Position numbers and translations under genes: made by a program. The notes below the pieces were generated by a model, which saw only the letters and a list, made by a program, of their open reading frames with translations, had not been told where the DNA came from and searched no databases. Of a stretch of 32,000 nt of DNA, positions 25,915 to 32,000 are shown in pieces. Numbering within the stretch: position 1 is the first letter of the stretch; every line of letters begins with the position of its first letter. This stretch comes from an uncultured archaeon. GTDB taxonomy: Archaea; Asgardarchaeota; Thorarchaeia; Thorarchaeales; Thorarchaeaceae. Location: contig CAYHAA010000012.1 of the NCBI GenBank assembly GCA_964354495.1, forward strand, positions 63,209-95,208, in the 5' to 3' direction.

Positions 25915-26928
25915 TTATTCATCAATGAAGTCGATGACATACAGGCTGTTTCCCACTGCTTGTACTATCTCGCACCTCTTGTTCCCGTCGATGTCTCCGA
26001 TGGCTAGAATTGACTCTGTTGCCTTTTTTGATGTTCTTAGTGTTGTCTCTAAATTGATTCTCTTTTCGACAAGTGTCAGTAGTGCAATGTTGGAGTTGGC
26101 ATGACTGATGACCATCTGACCTCGCATTGGCTCAAGATCCCAGAAGCGACCCATCTTGATCCCAGTGATAGTGTTAGGCGCTTTGATAGAGTCAATCCTC
26201 TCCATTGTCCCCTTCACAAGGCCAAACAGAGTAAGTGTCTTCGCGTCAGATACGGTCACTACCTCATCGTTCCCATCATCTGTGATGTCTCCGGAGGACA
26301 GGAGTTCAACGTCTCCTCCAACACTAGTTCTCGCTCTCTCGTGCAGTCTATCATCAGCATACTGATAGATATAGAAATACCCCGAATCGTCACCAAAGAT
26401 GAAACGATTATAGGGCAACATCTTTGTTCGCAGAGGCTGTATCGAGAATACCGGCCGCTCAAGCACCTTGTGTGCTAGCTTGTCAAGAGCAACATCAAAC
26501 CAACCATAGCATCGCATACTGCCATCGCTGGTAGCCACAACAACATCCACGCTCTCATTACCGAGAATGTTGAGAACTGACACAGATGTGGGAAGGCTGC
26601 CAAGAGGAGTTGAAGCCTTCACGCTGAGCTTATCGTCCAAATACACAACGACCCTGAGAGTGTTATCAAGCCCGCCCATGACAAAGTCAGCGACGCCATC
26701 ACCGGTGACGTCACCGATAGCAATGGCTGCCAGAGGTGGCATGTCCGCTAGACTGCATTGCTCAGCAAGCGGGTTCTTCTCAGATCTGTCGAACTCGTAG
26801 ACCCTTACATCCCCATTGAGCGTGGTCACAACAACGTTGCTCTTCCCTACTCCCTGCAGGTCCACCAGTTCGACGGAAGTGATTACCTCCTTGAAGGTAA
26901 CCTTTGAAAAGACGTCGAACGTAGTCAT
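25915..26928 (-). CDS. FG-GAP/VCBS-repeat beta-propeller with no signal peptide
   Basis: IAIGDVTGDGVADFV, SSGDITDDGNDEVV, AIGDIDGNKRCEIV and VDLQGVGKSNVV repeats; SD GAGG. Confidence 0.82.
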   Translation of the reverse strand: MTTFDVFSKVTFKEVITSVELVDLQGVGKSNVVVTTLNGDVRVYEFDRSEKNPLAEQCSLADMPPLAAIAIGDVTGDGVADFVMGGLDNTLRVVVYLDDKLSVKASTPLGSLPTSVSVLNILGNESVDVVVATSDGSMRCYGWFDVALDKLAHKVLERPVFSIQPLRTKMLPYNRFIFGDDSGYFYIYQYADDRLHERARTSVGGDVELLSSGDITDDGNDEVVTVSDAKTLTLFGLVKGTMERIDSIKAPNTITGIKMGRFWDLEPMRGQMVISHANSNIALLTLVEKRINLETTLRTSKKATESILAIGDIDGNKRCEIVQAVGNSLYVIDFIDE

Positions 26929-27029
26929 GTAGGCGGTCCTCTTACAGTGATGGGTTGATTAGACACGTGAAGGACTCCGATACCATTTAAGAGTTATTGG
27001 ACTGATAGGCCGTATCCGGAATTAATGTG

Positions 27030-27037
27030 TTTAAGAG
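27030..27037 (+). promoter_or_regulatory. Putative TATA box for a leaderless transcript
   Basis: TTTAAGAG begins 29 nt before ATG 27059. Confidence 0.5.
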
Positions 27038-27058
27038 CGAAGTATGAGACCTGATACT

Positions 27059-27604
27059 ATGGATGGAGACGCGGAACCACCAAAACTGAACGAGGATGAA
27101 TGGTTCTCCACGTCCGAGACCATCGCCAAGGAGCTTCAATCCTTTGCTGATGAGTTTGGCTCCTTTACACCCCATCATTTTGCTCAAGTCAACTTTCATC
27201 ATCTTCGTAGGGAGGGTCTCACTAGGGCAACTCGTGATGAGTTGTGCGAGATCTCCATTCACATCAAGACCTGCCCCAAGTGTGAGCTCCTCTACGTTGC
27301 CAAGAATTGCCTACTTTGGTCCCGGCTGTACAAGATGGCGACCTGGGACATCGTAGAGAGAACGCCACCATGCATACGTTTGGCCTATGCGAAGAAGACA
27401 ATCAAGACAGTCACGAACTACCTCGCAGCAGTAGGTCTTCTTGCGCCGCCATTTTACAAATTGCGGAGCGCTCCTTCCTGCAACTCTATGCGTCGCTGGG
27501 CGTATTGTCATCCTAATGAATACTGCAGAGCCATGAAGACCGATAACACCTTCGAGTATATTGCAGCTCGCGAACGTGTGAAGCTCTCGAGAACACATTT
27601 CTGA
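27059..27604 (+). CDS. HxxxCxxC zinc motif plus primase-large-subunit CTD-like 4-Cys domain
   Basis: HIKTCPKC, followed by PPCI...TNYLAAVG...PSCNSM...YC...EYC. Start is 27059 or 27044. Confidence 0.65.
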   Translation: MDGDAEPPKLNEDEWFSTSETIAKELQSFADEFGSFTPHHFAQVNFHHLRREGLTRATRDELCEISIHIKTCPKCELLYVAKNCLLWSRLYKMATWDIVERTPPCIRLAYAKKTIKTVTNYLAAVGLLAPPFYKLRSAPSCNSMRRWAYCHPNEYCRAMKTDNTFEYIAARERVKLSRTHF

Positions 27605-27625
27605 TATTATTACTCTTGTCATGGC

Positions 27626-27633
27626 TTATATAT
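27626..27633 (+). promoter_or_regulatory. TATA box TTATATAT upstream of the HD-domain gene
   Basis: Strong archaeal TATA match in the intergenic region; implies a leader of about 160 nt if ATG 27815 is the start. Confidence 0.5.
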
Positions 27634-27814
27634 CGGACATGTCTTCCCAGTCTTGGGTCGGACTGCATTGCAAAGTGATACAGATGTGAATGCCATCCAA
27701 CTCATTCGCCTGACTGGTCTCAGGGAGAATGAGATTAACACAGCAAAGAAGGAGGGTGGTAAGAAATGGAGTAGAATAGACCAGTCTATACGGGAACATG
27801 AGCGTCTCATAGGA

Positions 27815-29176
27815 ATGGGCGAGAAACATACACGACAAAAAGCCATCCAAGACCCTGTTCATGGAGCCATCATTCTAGATCCTTGGGAACTTGATGTAGT
27901 ATCCTCTTGGGAAATGCTTAGGCTCCGCTATGTGATGCAGCTGGGACCAGCTCATATTGTCTATCCCGGAGCCACTCATACAAGATTTCAGCACTGCCTT
28001 GGCACGAATTTCCTTGCTCAAAAGTCCATTCGAGTTGTGAACTACTGTGAGGACCTTGAGGGCGGTTGTTTCAAACCGTTTTCGGACTTGCTTGATGACT
28101 ATCAAAAGAGGCTCTTCAGGGCTGCGGCTCTGCTCCATGATGTCGGTCATCCTCCGACCTCTCATACAATCGAGTATGCTCTGAAATCTTGGGCCGGCCT
28201 TGATCATGTTGACCTTGGAGAATTCTTGATCCTTAACAGTGGTCTCACTGACACACTCAGACAAAACGGCATTGACCCGAGAGACATCATGAATATCATC
28301 AGACGGAAGACAAACGACCCTATACTGAACCTGCTAGCAGACTTTCTTGATCATCCCCTAGACATTGACAAGACCGACTATCTGATACGTGATGCGCACT
28401 TCAGTGGCGTGCAGCTAGGTGTCTTTCCTGCCGAACGAGTTCTACTCACCAACCGAGTGGTCATGGATAAAGACGGAAGATACGTTCGAGCCTTCATGTT
28501 GAAGGCAATCTCTTCTCTCGAGGCTCTCATTCTTAGTCGCAATTGGATGTTCTCTGATCTCTATCTCCACCATGCTGTGAAACTTGCAGAGGCACTGACT
28601 TCAAAGGCGACGTACTTCAGAATGGAAGAGGAGGGTCTCTCAAAGAACGAGTGTATTGGTCTATTCACCAGAATGAATGATGGAGACCTGTATCGCTGGC
28701 TCTCTGAATCTGATATCGCCTTTGTGAGAGAATATGCAGCGCGGATTCGCTATAGGCGGCTGTTCAAAGTTGCTCTCTCTAAGTCTCTCGCGTCATTTGA
28801 GCCAAGTGCAAGAAAGGAGCTTCTCTCGATGCTTACCCGAATCCAAACCCTGATTGAAGCAGAGAATGAGCTCTCTGAGGAACTTGGCAGTGTAGTGATT
28901 GATGTTGTAGTGCCTGACTTGGGGGCGAAGAGCCTCAGCAAGATACCGCTACTTGTGGGAGGCGAACATGGGTTTGATATTGTGAGCCTTGATGAAACAG
29001 GTGAGGGTTACCCTCTTCTGCAGACCCTCAGACAACAGACACGTACAATCCCCTCAGTACGTGTATACTCGGACCCCCGCATTGCAGGCATCGTACAGAA
29101 GAAGTTTGAGAGAATGTTTCCTATGGCCGACACGCCCCTCCATAGGGATGATGAACATGACTTCCTTGAGTACTAG
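27815..29176 (+). CDS. HD-domain phosphohydrolase, SAMHD1/EF1143-like dNTP triphosphohydrolase family
   Basis: IQDPVHG, RLRYVMQLG, VYPGATHTRFQH, LLHDVGHPPTSH, DIDKTDYLIRD and LYLHH motifs. Confidence 0.92.
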   Translation: MGEKHTRQKAIQDPVHGAIILDPWELDVVSSWEMLRLRYVMQLGPAHIVYPGATHTRFQHCLGTNFLAQKSIRVVNYCEDLEGGCFKPFSDLLDDYQKRLFRAAALLHDVGHPPTSHTIEYALKSWAGLDHVDLGEFLILNSGLTDTLRQNGIDPRDIMNIIRRKTNDPILNLLADFLDHPLDIDKTDYLIRDAHFSGVQLGVFPAERVLLTNRVVMDKDGRYVRAFMLKAISSLEALILSRNWMFSDLYLHHAVKLAEALTSKATYFRMEEEGLSKNECIGLFTRMNDGDLYRWLSESDIAFVREYAARIRYRRLFKVALSKSLASFEPSARKELLSMLTRIQTLIEAENELSEELGSVVIDVVVPDLGAKSLSKIPLLVGGEHGFDIVSLDETGEGYPLLQTLRQQTRTIPSVRVYSDPRIAGIVQKKFERMFPMADTPLHRDDEHDFLEY

Positions 29177-29844
29177 AGCAGATATCTGATGTTGTCTAGG
29201 ACTCTATCAAAACCATACTCCATCTGGATAATTCCATAGATGGCCTCTACCAAAGTTCCCTTGTCGTGCTCTATTTCTTCCCTGCTAGGAACCTCTGAAT
29301 CAAGATGAATACGATGTTCATAGAGCCCCCATCGATCACAGAGCGCTGCCATGTTTTCATTACTGACAATCTCGGACTTCTCCTTAGTCAGATGACCCAC
29401 ATCACTCGGTTCAGGTCGCCACAGCTGATATAGAACTCCCATTGCTATTGCAGCATCCCCAAGTAGCGCCATGACCATAGCTATCTCACCTAATGCTATC
29501 AGCTCCGCGAGGCCATGGTTGCCCAGGGGGTTTTCATTCTCACTCTTGTAGTGTGCTTCAAGCTCCAGAAACAAGTTCTTTGTGCTTGGCTGAAACATTG
29601 CCACTTGAAGAAGCTCTAGATTTGTGATTCTTAGACCTAGTATTGTTTCCAACTTGGGAGCAAGGTTGTGATTGACATATTCTATGCCTTCCTTCATCTG
29701 TTCAATCTGCTCTTTCCACCGACGAGTCTTGGCCAAGAGTCGCAATTTATTCGAGGGGGTTCTATTCCTAGTTTGTTCTATTGCCTCTAGCAGGATGTCA
29801 AGCTTGACTACTATGTCAACGGGTTTCCAGCCGAGTCTTATCAT
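29173..29844 (-). CDS. Stand-alone RNase III domain protein (Mini-III-like, no dsRBD)
   Basis: LQVAMFQPS, ALLGDAAI, LTKEKSEIVSNENMA and GTLVEAIYG motifs. Confidence 0.78.
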   Translation of the reverse strand: MIRLGWKPVDIVVKLDILLEAIEQTRNRTPSNKLRLLAKTRRWKEQIEQMKEGIEYVNHNLAPKLETILGLRITNLELLQVAMFQPSTKNLFLELEAHYKSENENPLGNHGLAELIALGEIAMVMALLGDAAIAMGVLYQLWRPEPSDVGHLTKEKSEIVSNENMAALCDRWGLYEHRIHLDSEVPSREEIEHDKGTLVEAIYGIIQMEYGFDRVLDNIRYLL

Positions 29845-29863
29845 TTTGAACGAATCACAATCC

Positions 29864-30637
29864 TCAGTAGTAGCTTATCTCAGCATTGGTCCTATCATAC
29901 CTAGTCACATGAAAGGCAGTGATTGAGTACTCTGCCGCGATCTTTGCCAACGCCAGAGCAATCAATGAAGGTCCAAGGGTCAAGTCGATGACGATGTCAT
30001 GGACGAGGATATTATCGATTATTCCTGTTTCCATGAAATCAAAGGTGCCCTGAAGATGTCCATACTCATTCTCATCGTCAGTTCCAATCACCTCATCCGG
30101 CACCTCAATCCATTCTGTAGTCCATCGTCTGAATGCATCATCAGGAATGAATCTGTCAACAATCCTTGACACACCACGTGTCCAATGTCTAGCCTCAACA
30201 AAGACCAGCAGTTTCTTTGGATTGAAATACGGATTGTTCGTCAGCCACTGTACAAAGGGCCTCTGATCCTCCGGCCTGTTCAATGATGTGACGTACAGTA
30301 ATGGTTTAGTAATCCCCAGAGCTCTACGTACTGGATGGATTGCCTTCGGTTCTAGTTCAAAGAGGCGGTACTGAGATTGCTTCCAACTGACAATGATGCC
30401 AAGATTTTCGAGGCGGGATGTGTTGTGATAGAGTTTGGGACTCGTCACATCCACTTTCTCAATCTCCTTCTTGCTTGCTCCCTCCAGCATCATCTGAGCC
30501 TTGATATCTGTCGCAATCTTCTCTCTCAGTTCTGCCCCAGTCTTCAGTCCCCCCTCAAGCTGGTCCAAGATGATTCGTCGTGCTCTGACCGTTTCAATCT
30601 CTTCTCTAATGATGTCTTCGAGAGGTTTTCTGAGCAT
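29864..30637 (-). CDS. ArsR-like wHTH fused to a C-terminal CARF-like Rossmann domain
   Basis: HTH and wing: TSPKLYHNTSRLENLGIIVSWKQSQYRLFEL. CARF-like: LLYVTSL / LLVFV / WIEVP / DIVIDLTLGPSLIALALAKIAAEYSITAFHV. SD AGGTGA. Confidence 0.7.
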   Translation of the reverse strand: MLRKPLEDIIREEIETVRARRIILDQLEGGLKTGAELREKIATDIKAQMMLEGASKKEIEKVDVTSPKLYHNTSRLENLGIIVSWKQSQYRLFELEPKAIHPVRRALGITKPLLYVTSLNRPEDQRPFVQWLTNNPYFNPKKLLVFVEARHWTRGVSRIVDRFIPDDAFRRWTTEWIEVPDEVIGTDDENEYGHLQGTFDFMETGIIDNILVHDIVIDLTLGPSLIALALAKIAAEYSITAFHVTRYDRTNAEISYY

Positions 30638-30781
30638 CTTCCGTCACCTTATGCGGATATATTATCTAGTAATCTTGTGTACTAACCTATTATACTTATC
30701 GAATGTATTGTGGTCTACTGCCCGAAAAACGGTCAGAAACGGCTCCTTAATATATATTGGTAAGATACTTTTCGAATTGAT

Positions 30782-30809
30782 TGATAGCTATCAGACGAAC
30801 CCTTAAATA
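30782..30809 (+). promoter_or_regulatory. Perfect 12-bp palindrome next to the putative actin TATA box
   Basis: TGATAGCTATCA at 30782-30793, then CTTAAATA at 30802-30809. Confidence 0.5.
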
Positions 30810-30912
30810 GATACTACCGAAACGATGTCGTAGCAAGGAGCTTACTAAGTTCCGAACTGGCAAATCTGAATTATTGGATTTACCCAAAACAAAATAACAT
30901 GAGGACCGAAAA

Positions 30913-32000
30913 ATGGCTGAAGACGAGTTTCTTGGCGCCAAGCCGATTGTCATTGACAACGGCACTGGATTGAGCAAGAACGGATACGCCGGCGAAGATC
31001 AGCCACGAAGTGTCTGGCCGACTCTGATTGGTTATCCAAGATATGAGTCAATCATGACCGATGTTGATCACTACACACGTGACTACTACATTGGCGAAGA
31101 GGCTATCAACCTGCGTGGTGTCCTGCGTCTGGTTTACCCGATCTCTCATGGAATTGTAGAAGACTGGGATGCCATCGAGAAGATATGGAGCTACACGTTC
31201 TATAACGACTTGAAGGTAGACCCAAGTGAGAACCCGGTGCTCCTCACTGAGGCACCATTCAACCCCAGAGAGAACAGAGAGCGTATGGCATCCGTCATGT
31301 TTGACAACTTCGGAGTGCCCGCAGTGTACGTTGCCACACAGGCAGTACTCTCACTGTACGCATCTGGCCGAACAACTGGTCTGGTCATCGACTCTGGTGA
31401 CGGTGTGACCCACATAGTACCTATCTATGAGGGCTTCTCAATCAATCACGCCATCCGCAGAATCGACCTGGCTGGAAGAGACATCACTGAGTACCTGCGT
31501 AGGCTGCTCAGACAGAGGGGATACTCCTTTGTCAGCGGCGCAGAGAAAGAGATTGTCAGAGACATCAAAGAGAAGCTATGTTATGTAGCTCTTGATCCCG
31601 AGAGGGAACGAATAGTCGCTGACAAGGCCGGTGTCGACAAGCCCTACATGCTCCCTGACGGTGAGGTCATCACTGTGGGTGCTGAGAGGTTCCAGGCTCC
31701 TGAGTTGTTCTTCAACCCAAGTGCTATTGGTCTTGACACAATACCCCTCGACGAGCACATTGTCGAGTCAATCAAGGCATGTGATGTCGACTTGCGACGT
31801 GACCTGTACGCCAACATTGTACTATCAGGCGGTTCAACCATGTTCCCAGGACTCAAGGAGAGACTCCACAAGGAGATCACCGAACTAGTCCCAGAGAACA
31901 TCGAGGTCCGAATCATTGCTCCACCCGAGAGACAGTACTCTGTCTGGATTGGTGGTAGTATTCTCGGCTCACTGAAGACATTCCAGAAGATGTGGGTGTC
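30913..32000 (+). CDS. Asgard actin (Lokiactin-type), truncated by the window end after 362 codons
   Basis: Manual translation: [121 protein letters not shown]. Absent from the ORF track because there is no stop in the window. Confidence 0.98.
   Translation, partial: MAEDEFLGAKPIVIDNGTGLSKNGYAGEDQPRSVWPTLIGYPRYESIMTDVDHYTRDYYIGEEAINLRGVLRLVYPISHGIVEDWDAIEKIWSYTFYNDLKVDPSENPVLLTEAPFNPRENRERMASVMFDNFGVPAVYVATQAVLSLYASGRTTGLVIDSGDGVTHIVPIYEGFSINHAIRRIDLAGRDITEYLRRLLRQRGYSFVSGAEKEIVRDIKEKLCYVALDPERERIVADKAGVDKPYMLPDGEVITVGAERFQAPELFFNPSAIGLDTIPLDEHIVESIKACDVDLRRDLYANIVLSGGSTMFPGLKERLHKEITELVPENIEVRIIAPPERQYSVWIGGSILGSLKTFQKMWV

Noticed and set aside
27619-27702. Small minus-strand two-Cys peptide (MAFTSVSLCNAVRPKTGKTCPIYKP)
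   Set aside because: Too short, no clear SD or promoter, and it lies antisense to the HD leader; cannot be supported.
5038-27814. Longest-ORF starts (1810, 5038, 6046, 8066, 10753, 15571, 17656, 18274, 21166, 23680, 27653)
   Set aside because: Downstream starts fit SD spacing, stop-start coupling and family N-termini better.
26933-30908. GAGGACCG shared before the FG-GAP and actin start codons
   Set aside because: Mostly explained by the Shine-Dalgarno GAGG; two copies are not significant.
1009-31916. Many short or antisense ORFs in the track (e.g. 1201-1620, 1660-2088, 13255-13686, 22380-22676, 26101-26478, 27311-27622, 29672-29926, 31200-31916)
   Set aside because: They overlap well-supported genes in other frames or strands and show no recognisable motifs; treated as shadow ORFs.
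1-32000. CRISPR array, cas genes, transposases, integrases, rRNA or tRNA genes
   Set aside because: No regularly spaced repeats or diagnostic motifs were seen by eye; tRNAscan-SE, Infernal and CRISPR finders were not run.

Overview
Compact, gene-dense archaeal chromosome segment, almost certainly from an Asgard archaeon. The evidence is a eukaryote-like actin starting at 30913 that runs off the window and was missed by the ORF track. A Thorarchaeia-like assignment is only an inference. Left third: end of a Zn/Mn ABC transporter, the conserved proteasome-alpha/SBDS/exosome (Rrp4-41-42)/eL43/Brix/Pcc1/prefoldin-beta/DHH superoperon, and an ECF transporter core. Middle: class II CPD photolyase, TPR, WD40 and wHTH genes, a histidine-utilisation cluster (hutU, hutH, hutI), a PRTase, tRNA-modification genes (Cgi121, THUMP, TsaC-type Sua5) and a nucleotidyltransferase plus CDP-alcohol phosphatidyltransferase pair. 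The right end (25.9-30.9 kb) is the most unusual part. It holds a cytoplasmic FG-GAP propeller, a small protein joining an HxxxCxxC zinc motif to a stripped-down primase-large-subunit Fe-S domain, a SAMHD1-like HD hydrolase with a structured leader, a Mini-III-like RNase III, and a wHTH-CARF-like regulator divergent from actin. No tRNA, rRNA, CRISPR array or mobile element was recognised. All family calls come from manual motif recognition; no database searches or folding programs were run.
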